Part shown: positions 14,035 through 26,731 of the stretch, piece by piece
Layout: every line of letters starts with the position of its first letter
How positions within the stretch are numbered: position 1 is the first letter of the stretch
From: Iphione sp. A-MEVVRFRX5
Lineage: Eukaryota
Direction: 5' to 3'
Length of the DNA stretch: 64,000 bases
Assembly: GCA_976226885.1 (NCBI GenBank)
Contig: OZ320317.1
Coordinates: 82,894,001 to 82,958,000 of the forward strand
Made by a program: the position numbers and the translations under genes
The notes under the pieces: model-generated
Told to the model about the DNA's origin: nothing
The model's database searches: none
The model's input: only the letters and a program-made list of their open reading frames with translations

Positions 14035-15435
14035 TACATGAAAATATCACTTACCTTTCCTCCCTTTGAAGTCTCCTGTGAAAAATGGAAATAAATTCTG
14101 GGAACCAGGCCAGGCTGTGGCCCACACTTCAGTTCTAGACTGATCTAGAGTTTGTGGACATCTTTGGGTCAAAAACTTCACAATGGTTGTAGAACACTCA
14201 AACTTGGCAAGAACAATGTGGGCCTGGCCTGAAACATTCTGTGTAAATTCTGGAAAGATTTGGGTCAGTTCAGGTACAGACTTTAAGGTCCAAGGAAGCT
14301 ATAACTTGGTATATGCATTGCTGGGGCTGGTCTGCAGTCTTCTGTGACATTTTCAAGAAATTCTGGACCGATTTGGGTCCAATATTTAAAATGGCCATGG
14401 GATGCCATGGTTCAGGTCCCCAGTTAAAGACCTGGCTGACAATACTCCAGGTAAGTTTAAAAGTGTTTTTTTATGGGGCCCTTGTCCTTGTGTTTCTCTA
14501 ACTCACCCCTATTCTTACCAGATATCAATAAACCAATGATTTGATCTCAACTATGATGAAACTCATCATACTGGCCATAAACAAAGACAACAACAGTTGT
14601 TCGCCTTGATTACTGCTTTTTAAAGTGCCTGAGGAGCCCAAAGGGGGCAAAACATTGATGTCATTAACCAAAAATCTAAATCCAAATATTCTGTGTTGCC
14701 AACAACCAGTAACATGTGATAGACAACAGTCAAGTTGTTGCCATAGACTCTTTTGTTGGTAACCACAACTCTATGATGTCACACCAGCTCACCATAGCAA
14801 TGGCAGTTGCAGATGGAATGTTCTGTTCCATTTTCAAGGTAGCGTCAGGTAGCAGAGACATCGCCACATTTTTATTGTAAGTTTAAATGTGAACTGATGA
14901 GTATGATGCTGGAGTAAGCACCCAGGTATTACCCAAGTAGATGCTAGCACTGCCCTACATATAAATTGGCATGTCCCAGGCCGATCAGGCTGATATTTCA
15001 GTTACATCTTTGAGTCACTTGGGGCTGCATGCACACCAAATTCCAATTTCCTACAATGATTCTCCTGGAATCTAGAGTGGGATCTCTGCTGGGTCCCCCA
15101 TCCAATTCCGGTGTTTTGGCCCTAAGTCAGGCTGTAAGACTCCCCTTGCTTAGCATACACATGGGTCCAGATCCAGGGCATATGTCTAGAAAATATCAGG
15201 CTGATAGCCTGATTTGTCTAAATTTTAGAGTGAAAATACAGAGGGATCTCCATCAATAGGTGAAAAGGGGGGGGGCATGCAAACATGGGTAGGAGATGGT
15301 CCATATAGGCCCATGACACAGTCCAAATAAGGAGCAAGACTCCTTCATCAGCTGTTGTGATAATACCAGACCCAGGAGGAAGCAGTAAGGAGGTATATAT
15401 AGATTCCCCCCGGGCAGGGTTCTGAGTATCCATCA

Positions 15436-16531
15436 ATGACCATTGCAGCTACCAAGATGGCTTCCTCAGATGTGGAAATAGTGGCGAGATTCAATTCTGA
15501 GGCTGAGGCTGAGGCTGAGTCTGACTCTAAGGGGATGGGCTCTGAAGCCACCTTCAACCCCAGTCTCCAGTGTGGACAATGCTTCCCTAAGGGAGTAGAG
15601 CCCAAGGATCCATCAGAGGGTTGGGGTCAACTAGACCCAAACCTGGATCTGTTCCAGGTTCCTCTAGTGGGAGGGAGATAGCCACCTGTGGCCAGCCTGG
15701 GATCAAGGACAAGAGAAACGAGAGGTCAAGGTTGGGATCCCAATGCTGGTCCAGATCCAGATCTGTCTCCAGGACCCCAGATCCCTGGGGCCAGTTTTCC
15801 AGGGGTGGCAGCAACAAGCTCATGATACAACTGGCCATGAAGGGCATGACAGCCATGGTGGCTGAAAAGGTTGGAACTCCCCAGCTGGGGGGACCCCCTG
15901 CTCCTGCATGTAGAAAGAGGACCAGTCATCAGCTGTCAAGTTTGGAGAATTCTGCTGACAGCACCATGGAGGACACTCCCACTGAGCTGTTGACTTGGGC
16001 ACTGCATGCCCAGCCAGTGACTGTGGCCCTGGAGATCCTGCTGCCTCCAGACCAGCTGAAAACCTGGATGAGTTCCAGACTGAGAAACCAGCACAAGAGG
16101 ACTGGACCAAGGAGCCAGTCTCAGAGGTTATGGAGAGACTGGTCTGTACATATTGGAACTACCCCATCACCGGGCCCAAGGCCAACGAACTGCTTGACAC
16201 TCTGGCCAGGCCAGAGAATGTCAAGGTCCTCAAGAGGACCAAAATCAACACCGAGTTGGTTCTCAATGAGGGGAATGTCAGAAGGGATAGCCAGGCAGTG
16301 GAGATCTTGCACCTAATACAATTTGCTGCCACTCCCTTTACTGATAGTGTCACAGACTACGAGCAGAACTGTCAGATGGATGGGAATACCACGGTTGCAA
16401 GGACAACAGTGTTGTGCTTTTTGGGGCAGGCAGGCTTCATGCCCAACCACCAACATGGGACATTATCAGATTCAGGATGCCCTAGGCCTACAGGAGACTA
16501 TGCAATTGACCCTTCGCTTTTTTCTCTATAA
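15436..16531 (+). mobile_element. Degenerate DIRS-like (tyrosine-recombinase retrotransposon) ORF1/gag remnant
   Basis: Frameshifted ORF pieces. The 3' piece EPVSEVMERLVCTYWNYPITGPKANELLDTLARPENVKVLKRTKINTEL...RRDSQAVEILHLIQFAATP fits the recalled DIRS gag pattern (GP.V...LA..V...W...K..EL...RPEN...L...KVN.E...R..D...Q...A..P). No RT/YR seen. Confidence 0.65.
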
Positions 16532-17710
16532 GCAAAACTACATCATATTAACATGAAATTCACTGTTTAAACCCCAGAAATGAGCTATTCAGTTGTTACT
16601 TTTCTGATTTCTATGATTAAATGAACACGACTGAAGTAGTTTTTAGACAATTATATAAATTTGGTTCTGTTTGCAGCCTGTACATATTGTGAGATGCCCT
16701 TAATAGAGGCTGTCCTTGATCGAGCTGTTCTAATGTAGATCATTCAGTTGTTGGGTATTCTAATCCGCTTAAGTTTAGTTTTTGAAACCAAGAGAGATTA
16801 AACAGTTGTAGGTGAATGCGTTCAGATATTAACATGTCTTGTTTCGCGTGTGGAGATTTAAACCCTGATTGTACACGGGAATCAAGTTAACATCTACATA
16901 AGATAGAGCTCAGAAAACAAGAATGTCGAATATTAAACACAAACAACACGTATGTAACTAAGATTTATTTCTTACAGAAAAATATGTATACATTATTTCA
17001 TAAACTAGATACAGTGTTAAACATTGAGAGGAATCGGATAAGTTCACACTATAGGATTCAGTCCCAAGAAAGTCTAAATCGTCAGCCAAACATTCCTCTT
17101 GAACCACTCAGGCACCTTGATGATCTTGCTCTTCGCACCAGGTTTTCTGCAGTCACCATTGTGAATACGTACCAGCATCTCGTGCATGAAGCTTCTCAAA
17201 CTGGAAAGTGCGTGCATGGATAGGGACAGTTGCCAAAGCTTATATGAGACTTGAGTACAAATAATGGACACTCCAGAGAACGACTGAGGTATTCACTGAT
17301 TCCGTAAGCAACTCAACCATGGAAGAGCACACATACCGGAGAGTTTACGGTGACTCGATCTATCAAGGACTTCAGACTTGAGGATATATTCTCTGATCCA
17401 TAAATAGGACGTAAATAAGTGATGAATATACAAAGATAATATAAACACACTGGATAAATATGACCATGAAAGTACCGAAATATATATTTTTTGCACCTTT
17501 GTCTTACATGTACATGTATATAAAAGATTTCATCTAGTGCAACGCGCGGACTAAGATTCGCTCTAGGACTGTTGGTGGCCTAGTCCATATAACTGGTGAT
17601 TAACAAAAAAACAACTCCGAACTACTACTGCGTATAAATGCTGTCCCGGACTGAAGTAGCCACATCAGCAAAATTTTCCCTCTCCTGGAAACCCCACCCA
17701 GATACATGTA

Positions 17711-17891
17711 CAGTGGTCCCCCCCACACCCACCTTATCTGATGACTTTATAACTGACATTACTGGTTAACCAACGCACTCCGGCAGAACCGAATGTGAAG
17801 AACCAACTCAAAAAAGTCTCCATAACCAACAGCCCCCCTTATCCATCAAAATCCTAGGGAACCCAAAGTGTTGGTTATCAAGGGACCACTG
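17711..17891. mobile_element. 181-bp MITE, TA TSD
   Basis: Perfect TIR CAGTGGTCCC / GGGACCACTG flanked by TA on both sides. Confidence 0.85.
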
Positions 17892-17918
17892 TACAAGCAA
17901 CACAGCTTTCTATCATAG

Positions 17919-19344
17919 CAGTACGTCACACATTAAAGAGATGCGTCTTCTTCTTCAACCCCTGGCTGCCATACAAAGGACTGATCTACTCAACGCGTGG
18001 TGAGATAAAGGTGTGCCTGGATTGCCCATTCAAGTTCAGTGGTTATCTGTCTGAACCAATGCTCACGTAAGCAACAAGAATAAAAAAAAAAGATCTGCTA
18101 GTCAGCTGTAGTTAAGGTATTGGTCGTGATGGTCGCATATATAGACATCGACTGATACCAAAATTCAATCGTGTTTTATTTCGGCATGCCGTTACCTCGA
18201 GGTCGAACTGTCCCCAAGCATTTGATTTTTGACACATGTTTGCGTACATGTACATGTACTATGCTCAGACGTCATTAGAAAGATGACATGGTGTGCATTT
18301 TAATACAATGGCACCAGAATGGTTTTGTATGCATTTCTGTTGGCAGAGCAATTTCAAATAGACTTTTCGAATAGCGGAGGGGTTACCGCTGGTATCTCAA
18401 ATTTCAATTATCTGCATATGGAAATGGACGATATTAACAATAATGTGCCCTTTCCTTTATTTTTTTTTCAAAAATCAACTTCTGGAGTGATTTTGTGATA
18501 GATACATGTGTATATATATACATACATTCGGATAAACACACAGTGACAAGCCTTTTACAAAGTATACGTTGTATAATGGAATATACATGGTGAGTAAATG
18601 CTAAATAACGTGTGACAACCATGAAAGCAGAGTACCTTGCAGTGCACCAAGGAAACGGCTTTCAACATGGTCCGTCGACACGTCCGAAAGCAAGTTCACG
18701 TCCCCCAGTCACTGTACTACGCAAAGATGCTGCTGTACTTTACTCACACGATCCCTCCTTCCTCGATGGCAATGTAGTTACACAAATCCATGAAAACACT
18801 ACAAGAACCCTTATGGCACAGCTTGGCGAGCTGTAAGGGGGGGGGGGGAATCATATTCGCGTTTAACAACTCTATCCACACTCCGTAGCCGTTCGAAGCG
18901 TAGTGACTAGCTGAAAACGTCCAACGTTTCCTTTCAAGTAGGCCGGATAAAACAGGATCCACTTCCAATTAGGGTGGATGATCAAGCTCTCAACTCGAAT
19001 CTGTTGTTGATGGTCATAGACCCTGTAAGCTACGGGTGCTGGTAGAGTATATGATAGCTGCACTGAGGAAAAGTCGCCAAAAGAAGACAAGGAAAACAAA
19101 AGTCGTGGGTGTTGATCAATTGCCTGGGCAGGGCGGCCAAAAAATGCCAACCTTCAACAATATCCCAGGAACGGGTGACCAATAGACAGCTACAGGTCAT
19201 TTAAAATCGATAGAAGTTGCATAACTGGGACCGACATCCCATCCAGTTTACACGCACCGCCCGCGAAATCTACGCCGAGGTGTATCCACTGATTAAATTT
19301 GAGGTACAATCCAAGGCTTGATCTTCGCAGGATAAAACGTGTTA

Positions 19345-19380
<36 letters not shown>

Positions 19381-20296
19381 TTTGTTTGTTTGGGGGGTGT
19401 CGTCAGGACTTTGGGCTGGCCTATACAGGGACAATCTCTCTGCCTTCAAGGCAAACTGTTTCTGCCAGGACGACAGACAGCAAGTCAACAGACATTCATG
19501 CTATGGCTACATTTCACCCAGATATAGACGCACGCTAAACACTGTTTCTGAGACTTACTATCCAGGTAGTGTCACCGGGGAAGTTCAGCTTGAACTAAGT
19601 AGATTATAACTCAGCTCCTTAGACTGTTAGTTTCGCTTCTAATGTAGCCAGCCTGACATTTGAGTCGCCAGCATCTCTTGGTGCTTAAAATGTCTCCCCT
19701 ACGTTTAAAATGTCTCTCTATCCAAAGTTGCCAGCACACCGGACTGGATGCTTACAGTAGATTTCTCTGTATGAACGGGGCCTGTTTCAAGCCACGATAC
19801 ATGAAAGTCGGTATTGACGACGCTGATATATACACAAAGCAAAACAAGTAATGATACTGATTCCGAACAGCTACGCTTCATAAGGAGGGCCTTTATATAC
19901 ACGACTGCTTTGGGACCGACCCGCAATATTTGTACTTTAATGTCATGAAGTCTCCCCCTTACACAAGAACAGGGCTGGCTCCTCTCTCCGACCCCCCTCC
20001 CCCGCACCCAATCCTGTTTTTTCCGTAAAAAAAAAAAATTAAAATCTCATTAAGTAAACAGCCCCATCACTTTTTTTGTATGGGCAGATCCCACAAAAGC
20101 CAGTTATGAACGGTAGAGGCGCACGCCTTTTGGTCGAGGCGGGTTTTAGCTGCAACAGTCTGAACAGGGAACAATGTTGAAATATAGCACAGTTCTAGTC
20201 TATATCTCATTTTATCAACCTTTGTAGGAGCGTCTTGGGAAACCTAGGTTTCACAGCTGCAGCGTTTCAACCGTGCGTTTTCAGTGATACGCCAAC
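17919..20296 (+). CDS. Cluster of candidate exons of an unidentified gene
   Basis: Open frames bounded by AG/GT: 17919-18066 (VRHTLKRCVFFFNPWLPYKGLIYSTRGEIKVCLDCPFKFSGYLSEPML), 18643-18832, 19451-19565 (ANCFCQDDRQQVNRHSCYGYISPRY...), 20228-20296 (SVLGNLGFTAAAFQPCVFSDTP). They do not chain into one frame as they stand, and no family was recognised. Confidence 0.3.
19346..19390. repeat. (TG)n microsatellite
   Basis: Direct observation. Confidence 0.9.
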
Positions 20297-20724
20297 GTAA
20301 GCTACAGCAAGAGCCTAATGCACTGCCTTCAGTCCGACTCGTAAATACCTCTCAGTGAATACGTGTCTTTTCATATTTTAATGCCTTTGGTTTTCTCGAA
20401 AGTTAAAAAAGGCCTGTTTCATCCAGAAACAGGCTGAATGAAGACTCGGCACAATATCTGGCCATAACTGAAAAGGAAGCCGGTCATTTCAAGCCTTGCA
20501 TAAGATTCTCAACTTAAGTACATATGCATAGCATATAACTTTTTTTTTATCCAAAAAAAGCGTAAAATAATAAATTAGGTGCGGGTATAACGTTCACAAC
20601 AAGCAGGGATTTACTCTGTAAATGCATGGTACACGGTTATCATCCGCATCATCTGGATGTCCTGAATCAAAGTACATGTTGCTCAGATTATAAAGCTCAC
20701 GTTAACATAAATGCGGTTTAAACA

Positions 20725-20901
20725 CAGTAGAAAGCCACCTTGGGGACATGTGTCCGATAGGGACATACCTCTAGCAGGGACACCTATAGGGAGAACAGAC
20801 CCTACTTTCCCTGTATTAAAGAAGTCTCCAAAGGGGACACATCTCAATTAGGGACAGTTTGAAAAAGAACCAACGGTATCCCAATTGGAGGCTTTCTACC
20901 G
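20725..20901. mobile_element. ~177-bp MITE
   Basis: TIR CAGTAGAAAGCC / GGCTTTCTACCG, with internal GGGGACA motifs. Confidence 0.7.
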
Positions 20902-22769
20902 TGTTATACGATATGATCTAGCCCCCCCCCCCCAGTGCAAATAATGGTGACTAATAACGATATTCCACTGTTGAATGACTCTGGAAGTGAAGAGTTGGTT
21001 GGAAGTGTCTAATTCTCAGTGTTTCTGTCCTGACCAACTTACAGTAGTCTCTGGCCTAAAGTGTCTGGTTTCAATACATGAAAGATAATGTTCGGACATC
21101 CAGACTTGTGACTCACTTGTAAAGGTAAACACAACACTACTAACGCAATCACATGGACAAATTACTTGTTTCATTCCCCAGGCTTCAAATGGTCAAGCGG
21201 GCACAAGAAGGAGCATCTGCGATTGCAAACCGTTCTTGAATACGGAGTTTTCGAAAAGCATCTAAATATCACATTTTTTTTCAAATCATAATGGTCGAAA
21301 ATGCTATTCGTCCTTTCCATTTCTCTGTTTTTGTTAAAGCTCCAGTCGGCACCACAGAAACATACAGAGCCCTGAGTAACACGTGAATGGAAGTTTAGGA
21401 CCATGACAGAAAAAGTGTCATTTTAGTAAAAAGTGATATAAGTCATGAAGTTTACCTTTCAGAAAGTATCATCTTTAACATATTAAAGTAAAATAAATAT
21501 ATTTACATTATGTACATTGGTTCATTTGCAAAAGTCATGGGAAAGATCAATCATATTCTCAAATCCTTACCAAAATACTCTATCTATGGCATCAAGTCAC
21601 AACGGATACTAATCTTCAACGATTAAGCTAGGTGCAGTATTCTCTTAATATCAATATTACACGTATCACCTAGCAGCAAAGTATCTCTTCTTTTGGTGCG
21701 TGCTATGAAAATTCCAAAATGAACTCTACATAATGGAACGACTCGTGAGATCAACTTCGAAGTAAAGCTTTGTGGTATTTGGTGCAAGGTTAGCTGAAAT
21801 AAAGAAGTACGGCCGAATATGCGAATAGGTTCATGCATCTCATATATAACTTGCCAGAATTACTCTAAAGCTATGGTGTAGTCCTTTGCAGAGGAGCGGG
21901 ATCCTGAAAAAAAGTTCTACAGTAATAAGGTATTTGTCACATGCAATAAACGCACCGAAACAAAAAAACTCTTTTAAAGCAGTGAACTACAAATCTTGGA
22001 ACCTGAAGCAGTGAATATTTGGATTTCCCTACTGCCCTTAAATGGAGTGGACAACCCCAATATACCTACAGTTATTCAACTGTAATTTTCAACACTTCAG
22101 TCCACTTTCGTCCAAATTCAGTAAGCTACCCCCCCCCCCAACACTCACATTGAGATAATACACACTATCAGAGGCTCTTTTGGTGTTATTTTTTGGTTCC
22201 TAACAGGACGTTAGCCTTCTATACCTGTTATGACCTTGTCGCCAATTTTTCCTGGCGCACTATGCTCCTGACTGTAAAAAAAAAAGTATCAATCTGCAAG
22301 AGCAAAATCAGGACATGATGGTCTACGGTAGAGTGAGATGGTGTTTGTGATTATATGACAGCGAGGGTCTCAAGTCAACGTTTAAAACCGCTACGTCACG
22401 TCGGTGTTTCCTCCGAAAATGTTGATATCCTGGTAACTGTAAGAAAATCCTAATTTCTAGTTCGACGGCATATATATGCTTTTCAGCATTTAATTTTAAC
22501 GCTGATCTTTCGGACCATATATGAAAAATAATGTGACTGTTTTTGAACAAGGTGTAATATGTCAGCATGTATCCTTCAAAAAAGAGCGGGTACATCATCC
22601 AGTGCTGTCGAACAATGCATTATGTGACCAGAAATTTACAAAATGCACAAGGAGCGTCAGTAGCAACACGTCTTCCCTCTTCTTCCGACGAGGGCGACAT
22701 GCCCAGACTCGGAGGGGCGCTGGTTTATGCCCACGCTACATTTTAACTCTCCTGTTATCGGTATTTTTT

Positions 22770-24566
22770 TTACGCATTGCAGCTGCCTTGGGATTCGTTG
22801 ATTCTGTGTGTAGCACCAAACTCAGTCACATGCTGCCATGAGGGGGTTTGTGGCGGGGACTTGGTGTCCGGCGCATGTGCGTCTGGCTCCCCCTGCCGGT
22901 CGGGGGTGAGAACATTGTCGGCGTCTGAACTGCACTCAACCCCACTACCACCACCACCACCGCCGCCGCCTCCGCTACCACCACCACCGCCATTGCCAGC
23001 AGTGTTATCCTGACCCCTGGCGGTAGCGTCCTCACTACCGGTGGGCGCGGGGCGTTCCGACAACTCGATGAGGCGGTCGACGCAGTGCTCCTCCGCCAGG
23101 TGGCGTACCAGCAGCTGGCGGCGCATCTTGACGCCGCAGAGCTGGCAGCCCACCAGGTCTAACTCGCAGGGCTTCTTGGGCCGCCTGGCACCCTCGGCGC
23201 AGGCCACTAGGTGACGCGGCAGCTCCTTGCGCGGCTTCACTGTCTGCTTGCAGTGCACGCAGCTTGCACTGTCCACGCTGGTCGGCGACGACGATGACGG
23301 AGCCAGCTTCTTTCCGCTTCCACTGCTGCCGGTGAAACTGACGGCAAAGTCATCGTCGCTAGCCCCGCCGCCTCCGCTGCCGCCCAGACAGGGGTGCATG
23401 CGGAAGGCGTGCTTAGTGAGGTAGCGCTTCTTCAGGAAGGTCTTGTGACACACTTGGCACTGGTAGTTGTGGCCGGCGGAGGGCGACCCCCCGGACCGAC
23501 TGTTGCTGCCGCCCCCTTCCGTGTTGCTGCGAGGCTTGCCGTCGTCGGCGTCGTCGCTGGAGAGGCTCGTCGTCGTCGTCGTCTGCTGGCCGCCGGCGAA
23601 CGTCTCCACCGCCTGCACCTCGTCCGGCTCGTTGGCCACCAGGCACTTGAGGAGCAGCTGCAGGTTGCTCTCCGGCCCGGCGGCGCTGGGCCCGCACGGG
23701 GAGGGCTTGTGGTCGTAGACGGTGACTTCACTGACCACCGCCGCCGCCGCCTGGCCTTCGTCCAGGCGCCGGCCGGACTTGCCCTTCAGCAGGCTGGTCT
23801 TCTTCTTCCAGCTGCTGCCGCCGCTGCTTGTCCGGCTCTCACTGCACGAGCGGGGCCGCGACGCGCGGACGGGCATCGTCTTGGTCTCGCTCACCGTCCG
23901 CTGCCTCGGCGCTTTGGAGACGGACCCGGCGAAGGCTTCACCAAACAACCCGCAACTCTCCGTCTTGGCGTCGGGTGGATGATCCAGGCTGTTCTCCTTG
24001 TCGGACACTTTGGTACCCGCGGCTGACGTGGTCGTCACGGCGCACCCCGCGGACACGTCGAGGTCGCCGTCCTCACTGTTCTCGCTCGACGTCGGCACCG
24101 AGCCGTGCTGTTTGATGGTTTCGCAGTAGGTGCGGAACTGGTCGGGCTCCAGCACCACGTCGCCCGCCTTGCGGTCGTCCCCCGTGGAGTGGTAGTTGTG
24201 ATCCAGCCTGATCCTCTTCACCAGCTCCTGCCGCAGCTGCTCCGCGTCGGCGCCGCTCTGCTGGGGCGGGACAAGGAGGAGGTCGTCCTCCTCCACCGGG
24301 GACTCCAGCTTCCTCTTCAGGAGGCTGCGTAAGCCCTGCGGGGAGGGGCTGGCCTTGCTATCTCCCGCGCTCTCCGTGCACGGCACGCCGCCGATGGTTG
24401 GCGGCGACGATGGAATGGGAACGATGGACATGGCCAGTTCGAGCAGCGCCTGCGCGCATTCGGTGTCTGCTATCGCCATCTGGAGACGGTGGACGGCACT
24501 AGGAGTGTTCTCGGTGGAAGCACTGTGGTTTTCTGAAACATGATGCGAAGCGATGGCAGTGGCCAT
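22770..24566 (-). CDS. C2H2 zinc-finger protein (~598 aa, low-complexity, one large GC-rich exon)
   Basis: Long ORF; likely start MATAIASHH just after the acceptor at 24573. Canonical finger YQCQVCHKTFLKKRYLTKHAFRMH plus two degenerate fingers (CVHC...RHLVAC; CQLC...RHLAEEH). KRK-type NLS and DHNY motif. The 3' end may be spliced further. Confidence 0.85.
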   Translation of the reverse strand: MATAIASHHVSENHSASTENTPSAVHRLQMAIADTECAQALLELAMSIVPIPSSPPTIGGVPCTESAGDSKASPSPQGLRSLLKRKLESPVEEDDLLLVPPQQSGADAEQLRQELVKRIRLDHNYHSTGDDRKAGDVVLEPDQFRTYCETIKQHGSVPTSSENSEDGDLDVSAGCAVTTTSAAGTKVSDKENSLDHPPDAKTESCGLFGEAFAGSVSKAPRQRTVSETKTMPVRASRPRSCSESRTSSGGSSWKKKTSLLKGKSGRRLDEGQAAAAVVSEVTVYDHKPSPCGPSAAGPESNLQLLLKCLVANEPDEVQAVETFAGGQQTTTTTSLSSDDADDGKPRSNTEGGGSNSRSGGSPSAGHNYQCQVCHKTFLKKRYLTKHAFRMHPCLGGSGGGGASDDDFAVSFTGSSGSGKKLAPSSSSPTSVDSASCVHCKQTVKPRKELPRHLVACAEGARRPKKPCELDLVGCQLCGVKMRRQLLVRHLAEEHCVDRLIELSERPAPTGSEDATARGQDNTAGNGGGGGSGGGGGGGGGSGVECSSDADNVLTPDRQGEPDAHAPDTKSPPQTPSWQHVTEFGATHRINESQGSCNA

Positions 24567-26017
24567 TCTGTTTCTGGAAAAACAAACAAAACACAAAACT
24601 GTATAAAAACAAAAGCACGGTTAGTATATTACCAAGGCTGACGTGATCCACATTAGTTCCTCCCTAAGCACTTCTGTGGTTACCGTGTCGTAAACGTTAT
24701 TGATATTTAACTTTATATTATATTATGTATTTGCTCATGATACAGACTACTGCGCCCTGAGGTGACGTCTTTATGAGGTGCTGCCCTACTCCTGGTCTGT
24801 CCTCCCATACCTTTCAATCATGGACTTCATGACAGAAGCAGCATGAGGCATAGCTCAGAGCAACTCCTGGCACCGTTTACGATGTACTTAACGGACATCT
24901 ACATCTCTACAGTTCACATCAGTTCCTGTTGTATACTAGTGATACAGTCATCATCGCTACGTTGCAGTTATACTTATAGTTATCCAGCAGAGACAGTAAA
25001 TTCAAGCACTTCGTATTCCATCACCCACGCCATTGCAGGCTTATTAACCTGGAATCAACCGAAGCCGCACTAGCAAGGTTTCACTGCATCGGGTATATGA
25101 CGTGCTACAATAATCCCACTTAACAGTTCTCGGAAATCGTTTTAAATTGTATACGGGGAATCCATTATCATAAAAGTTTTGATTTGAAAGTAATTTACTG
25201 CCCCGCCTGTCGGCATCACGATGGCGCTTTCCACAGAGAGGAAGATACCAGGCCGGTTTCATGGGGAAAGATGGCTCTCTCAAGAGGGCCTCTTAGAGAG
25301 GCATCCCAAAAGTAAAACGGGGACTACGCCAAAAAAATAGGTGTGTTTCTGGTAACAGCAGCCAAAAAAAAAATTGGTAGGGAGGGGGGTATCTTTTTGT
25401 TTAAATAATGTTTTTCCACTTTCTTCCTCTGGTCTTCAATAATAATAATAAAGATAATATGAAGAATTTTGACCAATTTGCATGAGGTTTACAGTTCTTT
25501 GCTGCAAGTCCATGGGTTTTGTTTTTCTACTGAATTTACCAAAAACGTGCTATGAAAACATATATATCTAAGGAAATTCAACCTTGGAAACTCTTTGGGG
25601 CAAACATTTTTTTTTTGGTAGGGTGAGGTTTTACTAGGTAGGGGTGGGTGGCCAGAAACACCTACTTTTTTGCCCTAGCAATACAAAAATGTAAATATAT
25701 ACAGTAGGAACTTGCCAATGCAACCAGCCATGGAACCCTCCGAGATGGTTTCTTTTCCGAATTACATACACTCTATTACAAAGCTCATTAGGACCAAAGC
25801 ATAAGTGATCAGGAATGCGAGTTGCCTGTATAGTCGAGCTGCCCATTAGTTGGGTCGTTACTGTACAGCCCTGCAGTAAAAAAACAGTGCTAAATATTTA
25901 AAATTTTAGTATTCAGGTTCCAATGACTTTTGGTGGCAGTAATCACGGGAATCACAGCGGCACCCTCGGAAGTGGAGGTCAGAAGCAAGAAATTTTTTTT
26001 TTTTTTTTTTTTTTTTA

Positions 26018-26353
26018 ACATGCAAGAGTTTCAACCTGATATATTGCATAACCTGCCTCAGATGTAAAAAGCAATATGTAGGGCAGACTAAGAACAGACT
26101 AATGGATAGATTCCAGGGTCACTTTGGTAATATCACCAAAGGCGGGTAGCGATCTTATGTGGCCAGTCACTTTGCTCAATCTGACCACAATGGTGTGTGT
26201 GACATTGAAATCCATATAGTGGATTTCATCCATGCACATCCAGAAAGCAAAAGAGCCAAACAACTAAGGGACCTGATTGAATTCAATTGGATCCAGAGGC
26301 TCCATAGCACAGCACCTATGGGTCTCAACATTATGGATTCCACATATGGGTAG
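26018..26353 (+). mobile_element. Penelope-like element 3' remnant: GIY-YIG endonuclease pseudogene
   Basis: TCKSFNLIYCITCLRCKKQYVGQTKNRLMDRFQGH...G*RSYVASHFAQSDH...RDLIEFNWIQRLHSTAPMGLN matches the PLE GIY-YIG pattern (IY.I.C..C.KQYVG.T...R...H; VA.HF; R...E..WI..L.T..P.GLN). One in-frame TAG at 26147. Confidence 0.88.
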
Positions 26354-26458
26354 CTGTCCATATACATATGCACTTGCCATGTCAAAAATTTTTTATTAAC
26401 AAGGTACCTGCAGCGAAAACGCTGCATATGGAGGTCACATTCTCTCAATCTCTGCCAC

Positions 26459-26670
26459 TTGTCGGTGGCATTTTGGTTCAAGTCCTGTCCTTCTATGTGC
26501 AATAGTTTCCCCAGTAATGACAGTTTTTCTCTTTACCCACCTTTTGACTGGGTGACCTGTTGCCCCCTCTTTCGCCTGCATCATTTGGTCGGTAACATTT
26601 TGGTTCAAGTCCTGTCCTTCTATGTACAATAGTTTCCTAGTTATGATAGTTTTTCTCTTTATCCACCTTT
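26459..26670. repeat. ~85-bp direct repeat (period ~127 bp) downstream of the GIY-YIG ORF
   Basis: TTTTGGTTCAAGTCCTGTCCTTCTATGT.CAATAGTTTCC..GT.ATGA.AGTTTTTCTCTTTA.CCACC occurs twice. Confidence 0.85.
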
Positions 26671-26731
26671 ATTCAAACAGAGTGTGTATCTACTTTTAGT
26701 CTAGCAGTCACCCAGTTCAGACCTGTCTTAA

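Noticed and set aside
22777-24543. Numerous overlapping ORFs on both strands
   Set aside because: Shadow ORFs of the GC-rich zinc-finger exon
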